Source: a virus
Lineage: Duplodnaviria > Caudoviricetes
Strand: one strand, 5' to 3'
Length of the DNA stretch: 62,088 bases
IMG/VR virus record: IMGVR_UViG_3300046007_006509
Coordinates: 1-62,088 of that record
Below the pieces are notes generated by a model. The model was not told where the DNA came from. It saw nothing but the letters and a program-made list of their open reading frames with translations, and searched no databases. Every line of letters begins with the position of its first letter. The stretch's first letter is position 1. Of this stretch, positions 1-9,761 are shown one piece after another. The translations under genes were made by a program, and so were the position numbers.

Positions 1-53
1 AACGGATATAAAGTATACAGTGATTATGAAAAACATCAAAGAAAGATGATTGT

Positions 54-470
54 ATGATGCTCATTGGAACTAGTTTTGGTGGTTGTCTTAAATCCATCAT
101 TGCAGGTGAAGTGTCCGAGGATGACATTTTATTAATTATCACTAGAACCGATTGTCGCAATTTAGAATCTGTATTGCGGGTTGCTGAAAATTACTATTTA
201 GAGGGCAACCCCTATGCCACTATGTCAAAAAATTATTCTTTTGAAGAAAGCGATACTGACCTAGATAAAGTAAAAGAATTGGCAGCAAGGTTATATTTAG
301 CAGGTAAGTTACACCAGCCTAGAATGTATGAACATGGATCTGGGTTTATTCATCCTGAAATGAGTCGTGCGGCATTATGGATGGAGGTCAACCCAATTGG
401 ACTAAATGACAATCCTGCTGTAATTGAGGCTTATGAAAAGTATAGAGTATTGAATGCACTTACAAAATGA
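54..470 (+). CDS. hypothetical phage protein
   Basis: 138-aa ORF, ATGA-coupled to the next gene; no family recognised. Confidence 0.6.
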   Translation: MMLIGTSFGGCLKSIIAGEVSEDDILLIITRTDCRNLESVLRVAENYYLEGNPYATMSKNYSFEESDTDLDKVKELAARLYLAGKLHQPRMYEHGSGFIHPEMSRAALWMEVNPIGLNDNPAVIEAYEKYRVLNALTK

Positions 471-727
471 AATATGAAATAAATCCATTGCAATATTTTC
501 TTAAACGGGAACTATCTTTTGTTCCAAAACATTTTGTTGCGGCAAAAACTGTATTAACAAATGATAGTTACCATTGGATTTTAAGTAATCTTAGTGGTAG
601 GTTTGCTATTGAAACGAAGGCAAGCGATCCTTCTGATGAACTTGTGCTATCATTTATGACAACCAATACTGTACCTGCATTTGAAGATCCACAAGAGGCG
701 GTATTATATGAACTACGATGGTCTTAA
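467..727 (+). CDS. small protein of the LRW-ending paralog family
   Basis: Ends AFEDPQEAVLYELRWS, the same C-terminal motif as ORFs at 30835, 32544 and 32768. Confidence 0.65.
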   Translation: MKYEINPLQYFLKRELSFVPKHFVAAKTVLTNDSYHWILSNLSGRFAIETKASDPSDELVLSFMTTNTVPAFEDPQEAVLYELRWS

Positions 728-785
728 ATAATTATTTTTGATGCAATCATACACATTAAATAAGTATGATATAAGGAGAACTATT

Positions 786-1457
786 ATGAGTTTTTTAAGA
801 CATGTAGGAAAACATGGTGACCGAAAAGTCGCAGTTATTTTCAGAGAGGTCCCGGGTGAACCACATATGTGCTTAGTGACCTATACTGAACTTTTGGGTC
901 AAAATATACACGATCCCATGATGCGTTGCATTGAAAGTGATATAGGACAAACTAGTGAGCATTTAGCTGAAGCTCTTAACAGGTCCTTTACTAAAGATGG
1001 CAGACCTATTTTGCAGGTCTTACATGTGGAAGGTATGTTAAAGAAGGTCAATACAGAACTTATTGTAATGACACCTCAACCTAATACTAAAATTAAATTA
1101 AATGAATTAAACAAAATTTTAGATGAAATGAAATTGGGAGATGAGGCAGTTAAAAAATTAGCAGAAATTGATAAATCTTTAGGCATGCAGGATCCACAAG
1201 ATGTGGTTCGAAGAATGCGCGGAAACCAACAAAATAATCAACCTGTTGTTGCGTCAACAGGCGATGCTATGGGTGATAGTCAAATTGCAAACAACCTTAG
1301 ACAACAGGCATTAAAAATGAATGCTGAAGCGAAGGGATTGATGGCTGAAGCTGAAAGACTTTTAAAAGAAGCTGCAACTTTAGATCCTGTAAAACCTGTG
1401 ATTGAAAAGAAAACAGTGGCAAAGACAAAGAAAGTAAGAACTAAAGTAGTTGCATAA
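786..1457 (+). CDS. hypothetical protein with coiled-coil C-terminus (late)
   Basis: AGGAG RBS before ATG 786 (MSFLRHVG), TAAATA at 757-762; the ORF track start at 738 is probably too long. Confidence 0.7.
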   Translation: MSFLRHVGKHGDRKVAVIFREVPGEPHMCLVTYTELLGQNIHDPMMRCIESDIGQTSEHLAEALNRSFTKDGRPILQVLHVEGMLKKVNTELIVMTPQPNTKIKLNELNKILDEMKLGDEAVKKLAEIDKSLGMQDPQDVVRRMRGNQQNNQPVVASTGDAMGDSQIANNLRQQALKMNAEAKGLMAEAERLLKEAATLDPVKPVIEKKTVAKTKKVRTKVVA

Positions 1458-1753
1458 TGTCTCCAGACTTCATCAAAAAATGGGAACATATACTTGAAGA
1501 TGTTGAAAAACAAAAAATACCAGTTCAATTTATTAAAAAGATAGTGGTAAAATTGCATGGCAAAAGACAGACAACTATTAACATTGAACGGTTTTTAAAT
1601 CAAGGATTGGATCCCGAACAAATAGAGGAAGCAGTTGGTCGTAAACTGCACGAACTTGACGATGAAATAGCAAGTGTTGAGTTTGTTTTGAATGTTCAAA
1701 ATATTGCAGAAACTGTACAACCAGAAACAGATAGACTATTAGGCGGTCTATGA
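1457..1753 (+). CDS. hypothetical protein
   Basis: 98-aa ORF translationally coupled on both sides. Confidence 0.65.
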   Translation: MSPDFIKKWEHILEDVEKQKIPVQFIKKIVVKLHGKRQTTINIERFLNQGLDPEQIEEAVGRKLHELDDEIASVEFVLNVQNIAETVQPETDRLLGGL

Positions 1754-2223
1754 AATTAATTTTAGCCTGTGACTCTGAAGGAGGTATCGGTTATAAAAAC
1801 AAATTGCCCTGGAGTAAAATCGAGGGCGATTTGCCAAGATTTAAATCTTTAACAGAAGATAAGATTGTTGTAATGGGTCGTAATACATGGGAAAGTTTAC
1901 CAAAAAAACCTTTACCTAATCGCACAAATTTTGTTGTAACTTCAAATCCTTTTAGTTTACCTTATCAAGTCAATCATGAAAAAGTTTATGCGATTACAAA
2001 CTTAAGCACTTTAAACAGTTTTAATGAAAATGCATGTTTAATAGGCGGTGCAAAACTCATTGAAAGTGCTTGGCAATATATTACAACAATTCATTTAACT
2101 AAAACATTTGCCAAATATACTTGCGATACTTATATTGATTTGTTAAAATTAGAAAAAGATTTTATTTTAGAATCATCAATTCAACATATTGACCACTATT
2201 ACCAAATTTATAATAAAAAATGA
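1750..2223 (+). CDS. folA: dihydrofolate reductase
   Basis: GGIGYKNKLPW, VVMGRNTWESLP-PLPNRTNFVV, IGGA motifs; adjacent to thyA. Confidence 0.95.
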   Translation: MKLILACDSEGGIGYKNKLPWSKIEGDLPRFKSLTEDKIVVMGRNTWESLPKKPLPNRTNFVVTSNPFSLPYQVNHEKVYAITNLSTLNSFNENACLIGGAKLIESAWQYITTIHLTKTFAKYTCDTYIDLLKLEKDFILESSIQHIDHYYQIYNKK

Positions 2224-3119
2224 AACAGTATCACGACCTACTACAAGACATATTAGATAACGGAGAAATAAAAGATGATAGAACTGGCATTGGCACCTAT
2301 AGTGTTTTTGGGCGTCATCTTCGCTTTGATTTGCGTACAGGATTCCCTGCCATCACCACTAAGAAACTGGCTTGGAAAGCTGTCTGTGGCGAGTTACTAT
2401 GGTTTATTGAAGGTAGCGGAGACGAGAGGCGACTTGCGGAAATTACGCACGGGTCGAAAGACGGTACGGTTACAATCTGGAGTCCCAATGCGCTTGCTCC
2501 GTATTGGAGGTCTAAGGCGAAATACGAGGGTGACTTGGGTCGTGTTTACGGAGTTCAATGGCGCCACTGGAACAAATACACGGAAGAATTGGACTTTGGG
2601 CCGGCGCATAAAGGTGGCCAAAGGCTCGCAGTTGACAAGACGGAAGTTGACCAACTTCAAAATCTCTTACAAGGATTACAAAAAGATCCGAACGGCCGCC
2701 GGCATATATTAAGTGCTTGGAATGTATCAGAAATGGATGATATGGCTCTTCCCCCATGTCATGTTATGAGTCAGTTTTATGTTAACAAAAATAAAGAATT
2801 ATCTTGTCATATGTACCAGCGTAGTGTGGATGTTTTTCTTGGCTTACCTTTTAACATTGCTAGCTATGCGTTACTCACTTATTTAATAGCACATCATTGT
2901 GATTTTAAAGTTGGCGAATTAATTATTAGTACCGGTGACACACATATCTATAAAGATCATGTTGAACAAGTAAAAGAACAGTTGACGAGAAATGAATATC
3001 CATTACCTACACTGTATCTAAATGCAACTAAAACAAATATTTTTGAATTTAAAATGGAAGATATGGTATTAGACAATTATCAGAGTCATGGACAAATAAA
3101 GGCTAAAATGGCAGTATGA
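2220..3119 (+). CDS. thyA: thymidylate synthase
   Basis: DRTGIGT, ELLWFI, YGVQWR, catalytic LPPCH, YQRSVD..GLPFNIASY, DTHIY. Confidence 0.97.
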   Translation: MKQYHDLLQDILDNGEIKDDRTGIGTYSVFGRHLRFDLRTGFPAITTKKLAWKAVCGELLWFIEGSGDERRLAEITHGSKDGTVTIWSPNALAPYWRSKAKYEGDLGRVYGVQWRHWNKYTEELDFGPAHKGGQRLAVDKTEVDQLQNLLQGLQKDPNGRRHILSAWNVSEMDDMALPPCHVMSQFYVNKNKELSCHMYQRSVDVFLGLPFNIASYALLTYLIAHHCDFKVGELIISTGDTHIYKDHVEQVKEQLTRNEYPLPTLYLNATKTNIFEFKMEDMVLDNYQSHGQIKAKMAV

Positions 3120-3361
3120 ATGCAATAAATGTAATTGTACACAAGTTTCGTATGAGTGATGTAGAAGATCCTGAACTTTATGTAGCCGAACCATTATACC
3201 AATGGGAAAAAAGTGAAATAGGTCAATGGGTGATGAAAAATTCTATAGAGCAACCTGTTTGGAACTTGATTCCGAACCCAGATTTTTATGGACATGAAGT
3301 AATTATAAGAGCAACATTAAGACCAGAAGATTATACATATTGGAAATTAAAATATGAGTAA
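3116..3361 (+). CDS. small hypothetical protein, distant LRW-family-like
   Basis: Coupled ORF ending PEDYTYWKLKYE. Confidence 0.6.
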   Translation: MNAINVIVHKFRMSDVEDPELYVAEPLYQWEKSEIGQWVMKNSIEQPVWNLIPNPDFYGHEVIIRATLRPEDYTYWKLKYE

Positions 3362-4322
3362 AATATTAGTAACAGGTGGTTTAGGTTTGATAGGCCATCA
3401 TGTAGTTGCCAAACTTGAAAAGTTAGGACATCAAGTGGCAATAATAGATTCACAAACAAATTATGGTATCATACCTCAGGATGAAATAACCTATCTAACG
3501 AATGAACGAAAGAAAAAGATTAAAACACCTTTCGTTTATAAATTTGATATTTGTGATTACAGAAATTTAGAGTGGCTATTTGCAGGACAAAAATTTGATA
3601 CAGTGATCCATTTGGCAAGTTTTCCTAGACAAAAAGTAGTAAATGCTAATCCAATATTAGGTAGTCGGGTCATGAGTGAGGGCCTAATTAATTTATTAGA
3701 ATTTAGTAAAAGATTTAATGTAAAGCGTTTTGTTTATATTAGTTCAAGTATGGTTTATGGTGACTTTACTGACGATGTAACAGAAGATTATGATTGCAAA
3801 CCACAAGGACAATATGGAATACTCAAACTCGCCGGAGAAAGCCTTCTTAAAGATTACAGCCGCAGAGGCTGTTTTGATCATGTTATCATTCGTCCTAGTG
3901 CTGTATACGGCCCGCTTGACGTGGAAGATAGAGTTATTGCAAAATTCATGCTCACTGCGATGCGCGGCGGAGTGCTCAAGGTTAATGGAGCAAATGAAAC
4001 CCTCGACTTCACCTATGTTGAAGATGCCGCAGACGGAATCGTTGCAGCCAGCCTAAGTGAAAACACAGTTAACAAAACATATAACATCACTAAATCACAT
4101 AGTCGAACCTTATTGTATGCGGCTGAATTAGCAGTTAAAATAGTTGGTAAAGGTAGCATAGAAGTAAAAGATAGAGATTTAGATTTTCCTAGTCGCGGAG
4201 CACTTAATATTAATGCTGCAAGACAGGATTTTGATTACAATCCGCAGGTTGATGTTGAAGAAGGTTTTCAAAAATACTATGAATGGTTAAATACTAGTCC
4301 ATATTGGACTAGTAAACTATGA
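3354..4322 (+). CDS. NAD-dependent nucleotide-sugar epimerase/dehydratase (extended SDR)
   Basis: LVTGGLGLIG Rossmann motif, ISSSMVYG, catalytic YGILK (YxxxK), DFTYVEDAA. Confidence 0.93.
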   Translation: MSKILVTGGLGLIGHHVVAKLEKLGHQVAIIDSQTNYGIIPQDEITYLTNERKKKIKTPFVYKFDICDYRNLEWLFAGQKFDTVIHLASFPRQKVVNANPILGSRVMSEGLINLLEFSKRFNVKRFVYISSSMVYGDFTDDVTEDYDCKPQGQYGILKLAGESLLKDYSRRGCFDHVIIRPSAVYGPLDVEDRVIAKFMLTAMRGGVLKVNGANETLDFTYVEDAADGIVAASLSENTVNKTYNITKSHSRTLLYAAELAVKIVGKGSIEVKDRDLDFPSRGALNINAARQDFDYNPQVDVEEGFQKYYEWLNTSPYWTSKL

Positions 4323-5533
4323 ACAAAACTTTTTGTACATTACCATGGGTAAACATTAGTGTTGACCCTGATGGTTCTGTTAAACCCTGTTGTGTATCTA
4401 CAGATTTTATAACAAAAGATGATGGTACTAAATTTAATTTAGGTTACGATAACATTCAGGATATTTATAATAGTAAATGTTTTATTAACATTAGACAAAA
4501 AATGTTAAATGGGGAACCTGTACAAGGATGTACCAGGTGTTACGAACAAGAAAAAAATTCAAATAGTAGTCATAGGTTAACCTATTCGAATTTTAAAATA
4601 TTTGATTATAAACCAACGCAAGCAAATATTAGAATACAATATTTTGATTTGCGATTCGGTAATTTGTGTAATTTAAGTTGCAGAAGTTGTAACCCAACTG
4701 CAAGCAGTCAAATTGCCAAGGAAACAAAACAAATTAGTGACAGTATCTTAAATAGTTTTTGGTCAACTGATACCGTTAATGATGATATTAACAATTGGTA
4801 TTCTACAGATATATTCAATAACAATTTAAATAATCAAATTGAAAACATAAAAGTTTTATATCTTACTGGCGGAGAACCTACATTAAACGAAAATAATAAA
4901 AGATTTTTAGAAAAGTTAATTGAAAATAAAAAAACGAATATTAACATAAAGTTTAATTCAAATATGACTGCATTAAATAAACAGTTTTTTGATTTGTTAG
5001 ATAATTTTTCAAGCATAACTTTTTTTGCAAGCATCGATGGCTACACAGACATTCAAGAATGGTTACGATATCCCAGTAACTGGAAAACAATTCACGAAAA
5101 TATTGAAACCGTTGTAAAAAAACAAAAATATAATATTATTATCACTCCGGTCATACAAGTTGGCAATCTAAACAAACTTGTTGATTTATTTGAATATTGT
5201 GAAAGCTATAACAGACAATATAATAAAACTGTTATCAAAATTGATCCCATACTTTTACAACTACCCGAACATTTTAATATAAAAATATTACCCAAAGAGT
5301 TTAAATTAAAGTGTTGGGAATCAATTGAAACTTGGTATAATACAAAGTGCAAATATCAAAACTTAGTTTTTAAAGAGAAACTAAAAGGAATAAAGACTTT
5401 GTGTTTAGAAGATAATTTTGATGAAGTTCAAATCAAAAAATTTAAACAGATGAACAACATTTTGGATAATCACAGACAGCATTTTTTAAAAAATGTAAAT
5501 CCTGAACTGTTTGAAATGTTAAATAGAACATGA
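4319..5533 (+). CDS. radical SAM protein with N-terminal twitch/SPASM-like Cys cluster
   Basis: CNLSCRSC (CxxxCxxC), TGGEP, SIDG; N-terminal CTLPW..DGSVKPCC..CTRC. Confidence 0.88.
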   Translation: MNKTFCTLPWVNISVDPDGSVKPCCVSTDFITKDDGTKFNLGYDNIQDIYNSKCFINIRQKMLNGEPVQGCTRCYEQEKNSNSSHRLTYSNFKIFDYKPTQANIRIQYFDLRFGNLCNLSCRSCNPTASSQIAKETKQISDSILNSFWSTDTVNDDINNWYSTDIFNNNLNNQIENIKVLYLTGGEPTLNENNKRFLEKLIENKKTNINIKFNSNMTALNKQFFDLLDNFSSITFFASIDGYTDIQEWLRYPSNWKTIHENIETVVKKQKYNIIITPVIQVGNLNKLVDLFEYCESYNRQYNKTVIKIDPILLQLPEHFNIKILPKEFKLKCWESIETWYNTKCKYQNLVFKEKLKGIKTLCLEDNFDEVQIKKFKQMNNILDNHRQHFLKNVNPELFEMLNRT

Positions 5534-6594
5534 TACCGTTTTTCGGCCTTGCTAAACAATATAAGAATTTAAAAGATGAGTTATTAGATGCTACCGATCA
5601 GGTTTTACACTCTGGTAACCTAATGAACGGCCCGTTTACTTCAAAACTGGAAACTTGGTTAGCATTACAAACAGGATCATCATACGCTATCACTGTACAT
5701 AGCGGAACACAAGCACTAGAAATAATCGCACAGTTTACAAAACAGCAATGGTTAATTGTCACTGAGGAATTACATCCTTATGTGTATATACCTAATATTA
5801 CATATCCTGCTACCCTTAATGCTTTTATAAATGCTGGCTTTCAGATTGAATTAGTTGAAACAGATAAAAATGGACTAATTGATGAAGCTGTTATAAAAAA
5901 GTTGCCATTTTTACATAATGTAGTGCAAGTAGGATTTTGCGGGGCTAAAACTTATGAAGCAAATTCAAGTCATATTATAGATGGAGCACAGCATTGGTTA
6001 ATTGCTGATAAAAATAGCATAGGCTTGGGTATGGCAATAAGTTTTGACCCAACTAAAAATTTGCCTGCAAGCGGCAACGGCGGGGCAATACTTACAAATG
6101 ATATGGAACTATATGAATTTGCAACAAATTATCGAAGTAATGGTAAACCAGGATCACATGCTAGCTCCGGTACTAATAGCCGAATGAGTGAATTAGATTG
6201 TTCGCATGTATTAGTGAGATCAAAATATATAAATGACTGGCAATGGCGTCGTAAACAAATTCGTTATTATTATTTGGAACAGTTTAAAAATTTACCAATA
6301 CGGTGCTTAAGTAGAGATTTTACAGTTCATGCAGATCAAAAATTTGCAATTTACACAGATAATAGAGATTCCTTACAAACATATTTACAGAATCAAAAAA
6401 TAGAAACTAAAATTCATTATTCACATGCACTCAGTGAATTGGGTGTGTCAAAATATACAGAGAAAAAGCCGGATTTAATTTCTACAAGTGTCATGTTAAC
6501 AAAAGGCCTTTTAAGTTTGCCTATATATCCCGAACTATCAGATAGTGAAGTTGAGTACATTTCCACCACTGTAAAGAAGTTTTACGATAAATAA
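5530..6594 (+). CDS. DegT/DnrJ/EryC1/StrS PLP-dependent sugar aminotransferase
   Basis: SGTQAL, DGAQ, SFDPTKNL (PLP lysine), GNGGAI, NSRMSE, LSLPIYPEL. Confidence 0.92.
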   Translation: MIPFFGLAKQYKNLKDELLDATDQVLHSGNLMNGPFTSKLETWLALQTGSSYAITVHSGTQALEIIAQFTKQQWLIVTEELHPYVYIPNITYPATLNAFINAGFQIELVETDKNGLIDEAVIKKLPFLHNVVQVGFCGAKTYEANSSHIIDGAQHWLIADKNSIGLGMAISFDPTKNLPASGNGGAILTNDMELYEFATNYRSNGKPGSHASSGTNSRMSELDCSHVLVRSKYINDWQWRRKQIRYYYLEQFKNLPIRCLSRDFTVHADQKFAIYTDNRDSLQTYLQNQKIETKIHYSHALSELGVSKYTEKKPDLISTSVMLTKGLLSLPIYPELSDSEVEYISTTVKKFYDK

Positions 6595-6598
6595 TGAT

Positions 6599-7102
6599 AT
6601 GTGGATATTTAACATCATTTCTGAAACTATAGTACATACAATATTTTTTGTAGGTGTATTGGGAATTATAATTGGATTTGTATTAGGTTTTATACCTTTG
6701 GTTAACAAATATAAATTACCTATACAAATTATATCACTTTTAACTTTTGGTTTTGGTTTATTTTTAGAAGGTGGCCTCGCTAATGAAAAAGAGTGGCAAC
6801 TAAGAGTTAAAGAAGTAGAAGCGAAAGTTGCTAAAGCTGAAGCTGAATCTGCAAAATTAAACACAGAATTACAGGCTGCGCTAGCTGACAAAGGCAAGGT
6901 AATTAAAGAAAAGGGTGATACTATTGTTAGATATGTAGATAGGTACCGTGATAGAGAAGTACTTAAAACAATAGAAGGTCCTGAAAGAATTCGTGTAGAA
7001 GAAGTTATAAAATATGTAGAAAATTGCCCAGTACCTAAAGAATTGCTTGAAGTTCATAACAATGCTGCTACTCTTAACAAAAACAAAGGAGATAAAAAAT
7101 GA
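6599..7102 (+). CDS. putative inner-membrane spanin (Rz-like)
   Basis: Two N-terminal hydrophobic helices, coiled coil, single C-terminal Cys; overlaps the following lipoprotein gene. Confidence 0.65.
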   Translation: MWIFNIISETIVHTIFFVGVLGIIIGFVLGFIPLVNKYKLPIQIISLLTFGFGLFLEGGLANEKEWQLRVKEVEAKVAKAEAESAKLNTELQAALADKGKVIKEKGDTIVRYVDRYRDREVLKTIEGPERIRVEEVIKYVENCPVPKELLEVHNNAATLNKNKGDKK

Positions 7103-7374
7103 GAATTTTTATGCTCCTACCAATTCTAGCATTATCAGGATGTGCGTTTTTTAAACAGCCTGTTCCTATTGTGCCTAAATTTCCTGATGCAACACCTGAA
7201 TTATTAAAAAAATGCGAAGATTTAAAAACTGTAGAGGGTGACAAGGTTGCCATCACAGAACTGCTAAAAACGATTGTGCAAAACTATACACTATATTACG
7301 AATGTTCTAATAAAGTTGAAGGTTGGCAAGATTGGTACACACAGCAGAAAAAACTTTATGAAAATATTAAATAG
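7099..7374 (+). CDS. putative outer-membrane spanin lipoprotein (Rz1-like)
   Basis: Lipobox LSGC, Pro-rich linker, two further Cys; follows the i-spanin-like gene. Confidence 0.7.
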   Translation: MRIFMLLPILALSGCAFFKQPVPIVPKFPDATPELLKKCEDLKTVEGDKVAITELLKTIVQNYTLYYECSNKVEGWQDWYTQQKKLYENIK

Positions 7375-7395
7375 CAGTATATTAAAGGATTACAC

Positions 7396-7656
7396 ATGAA
7401 AAAAATCGTATTATTAGCTACATTGTTTTTAATTACAGGATGTGCTACAGCGAATAAAGACCAATTATATTATGATGCAGCCAAATCACTAAGTAAAGAT
7501 CAAACTGTAACACAGAGTGCTTGCTGGGCAGCAGTCGGAGAAATTGCTAAAACTGGTGACAATTCTGTTAAAATAGGTGCTATAGCTCTTGCAGAAAAAT
7601 GCAAAGCAGAGGGTATCAAACTCGTTCCGCCTAAAACGAATTGGCTAGGGCTATAA
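7396..7656 (+). CDS. small lipoprotein
   Basis: Signal peptide MKKIVLLATLFLITGC with lipobox; AAGGA RBS. Confidence 0.7.
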   Translation: MKKIVLLATLFLITGCATANKDQLYYDAAKSLSKDQTVTQSACWAAVGEIAKTGDNSVKIGAIALAEKCKAEGIKLVPPKTNWLGL

Positions 7657-7682
7657 GATAAATATATTATCAAGGATAATAT

Positions 7683-8210
7683 ATGGCACAAGAAATTATT
7701 AATATTGGAGCAACACCCAATGATGGCGAGGGTGATCCCCTTCGTGTTGCATTTCAAAAAGTTAATAATAACTTTTCTACACTTTTTGGTACAGGCTATA
7801 GCACGGCAGAGGCTACAACTACAGGACTAACTGCTAACCAAGTCATTTTTGAGATAGATGCTGATGCATTTACGCAAGGAACATTTGTTATCAGAAGTTA
7901 TGATCCTAGTACAATCGATATGCAAAATGTTACACTTTCCTCAGCAATTACAAATAACCTTGCAGGGGTTACATTTACAGGATATGCTACCACTGCACAA
8001 GGAAATGCATTATGTAATTATGATATGACAGTGAGTTCAGGTAATGTAAAAGTTCTTGTCAATCCAATCAAAAACGCTACAATTTATCATTACATAGTAT
8101 ACCAAATAACACATGAAGCATTGGTTGCAGGTGTAGGATTAATGTTAGAATCTCCTATGGGTGGGTTATTATCAACAGAAGGAAATGTTGTAATAAGCAC
8201 AGAAGGCTAA
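7683..8210 (+). CDS. baseplate/virion structural protein with a T4 gp9/gp10-like N-terminus
   Basis: INIGATPNDGEGDPLRVAFQKVNNNF motif; late promoter at 7659-7664. Confidence 0.75.
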   Translation: MAQEIINIGATPNDGEGDPLRVAFQKVNNNFSTLFGTGYSTAEATTTGLTANQVIFEIDADAFTQGTFVIRSYDPSTIDMQNVTLSSAITNNLAGVTFTGYATTAQGNALCNYDMTVSSGNVKVLVNPIKNATIYHYIVYQITHEALVAGVGLMLESPMGGLLSTEGNVVISTEG

Positions 8211-8211
8211 T

Positions 8212-8613
8212 ATGAGAGCCAAAGAGTTTATAACTGAAATGAAACTTGATCAAGTACATGATGCACTTGATACTGCTGCGGTTGCATTACCTAACGCATT
8301 TGTAATTCCTGAATTAAAAAATCAGGATTTTTATGACCTTTATCGATTTGGAGTGGCTATTGCTGATGTAAGAGGTGAAGAAGGTCAAGCTGATGGGGTA
8401 CAAAATAATTATAAACCTGCGTTTAGGCCTGAAAGCGCATGGGGAGAAAATCAAATAATAGTTTCTTTTGATCCTAATGTAGGTCAAGTAATTGATAAAG
8501 CATTGGCAAAAGTTAAAAAACATGGCAAAAAGAGTGTTGCAACTTTAAAAAGCGAAGAAATGAGTGACACAATTACTCAATCTATATTAAAACCTTTTCA
8601 AGGATACAAATAA
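8212..8613 (+). CDS. putative internal head protein (paralog A)
   Basis: N-terminus MRAKEFITE resembles the T4 capsid-targeting sequence; paralog of the next ORF. Confidence 0.6.
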   Translation: MRAKEFITEMKLDQVHDALDTAAVALPNAFVIPELKNQDFYDLYRFGVAIADVRGEEGQADGVQNNYKPAFRPESAWGENQIIVSFDPNVGQVIDKALAKVKKHGKKSVATLKSEEMSDTITQSILKPFQGYK

Positions 8614-8990
8614 TGAGAGCCAAAGATTTTGTATCCGAAGCTAAGAAAAAAATAGAATTGCGTAAAAGGCATAGACTAGCCACACGAGGCTTACATAAGT
8701 TTCGGGATGAGTCTTTAGCTGATAGGCTTTACGAACTTAATAGAATAATGATGGCAGCAGCCGCCACAGACGGAACATTTAAACCTGATATGGACCATGA
8801 AAGTTGGGCAGGTAGATACGATATTGCTGCTCCATACACACAAGAAGAACACAATATGCTTAAAATGGCATATGCAGTTAACGGTACAGAATTTAAAGAT
8901 TTAAATAAAGGTGATTTGAAAAGCCAAGAGTTGCCTGATACTAACACACAAAGTATTGTTAAACCATTTAAAGGCTACTCAAAAAAATAA
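8613..8990 (+). CDS. putative internal head protein (paralog B)
   Basis: N-terminus MRAKDFVSE; shares C-terminal TQSI.KPF.GY with the previous ORF. Confidence 0.6.
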   Translation: MRAKDFVSEAKKKIELRKRHRLATRGLHKFRDESLADRLYELNRIMMAAAATDGTFKPDMDHESWAGRYDIAAPYTQEEHNMLKMAYAVNGTEFKDLNKGDLKSQELPDTNTQSIVKPFKGYSKK

Positions 8991-9036
8991 CTGTAGAGCG
9001 TTTTAGAATAAGTAATATCAATATTACAGGATTTGT

Positions 9037-9729
9037 ATGATTGATATTAACTCAACTTTAGATTTAGTAAAACTAAAATTTTACAACGAATGGCTTTATA
9101 CAGCGCACATCTATGATGAAGGCGACAGTCAATTTCACAAAGAATTGACAACACAAGTTGTTACTACATATATAGACCCATTAAATTTACCCAAAGACGC
9201 TAAAATATTAGATTTGGGATGTGGTCCGGGTTATTTCTTAGATGAAATGAAAAAGCGTGAATACACCAATGTTACTGGTGTCACACTAAGTCCCGGAGAC
9301 ATTAAAATATGCGAAGATAAAGGGCATATAATTAAAAAGTATGACTTGAGCTTCTTACCCCAAAAAGACGGGTATCATGATGAAAGTGTAGACTTTATCT
9401 TTTTACGACATGCACTAGAACATAGTCCATACCCAATCTTTAGCTTGATGGAATATAACCGTGTATTAAAACAAGGTGGTAAAATTTATATTGAGGTTCC
9501 TGCTCCCAATTGTGAACGCAAACATGAATGGAATCTAAATCATTATAGTATATTGGGTGACCAACAATTATTGGCTTTACTAAATCGTACTGGATTTGAT
9601 GTAAACATACTTAATGCTATCGAATTTGATCTAGGAATAAAAGATCCAGTCACAGACGAAATCAAAAAAGTCAAAGAGAAATTCTATTGTTTGGTCGCTA
9701 CGAAACAACGACCATTAGATATTAAATAA
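9037..9729 (+). CDS. class I SAM-dependent methyltransferase
   Basis: ILDLGCGPG motif I, ESVDFI..HALEH, RVLKQGGKIYIEVP. Confidence 0.9.
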   Translation: MIDINSTLDLVKLKFYNEWLYTAHIYDEGDSQFHKELTTQVVTTYIDPLNLPKDAKILDLGCGPGYFLDEMKKREYTNVTGVTLSPGDIKICEDKGHIIKKYDLSFLPQKDGYHDESVDFIFLRHALEHSPYPIFSLMEYNRVLKQGGKIYIEVPAPNCERKHEWNLNHYSILGDQQLLALLNRTGFDVNILNAIEFDLGIKDPVTDEIKKVKEKFYCLVATKQRPLDIK

Positions 9730-9761
9730 AGATAAATACTCTCTATATAGAGAGTATTTTT

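Noticed and set aside
2275-2712. 145-aa overlapping ORF within thyA, and 3790-4056 within the epimerase
   Set aside because: Explained by local high GC reducing stop codons; no recognisable motifs
2220-3119. dCMP hydroxymethylase or other base-modifying ThyA homologue
   Set aside because: It keeps the dUMP-specifying Asn (GLPFNIASY) and is coupled to DHFR, so it is a canonical ThyA
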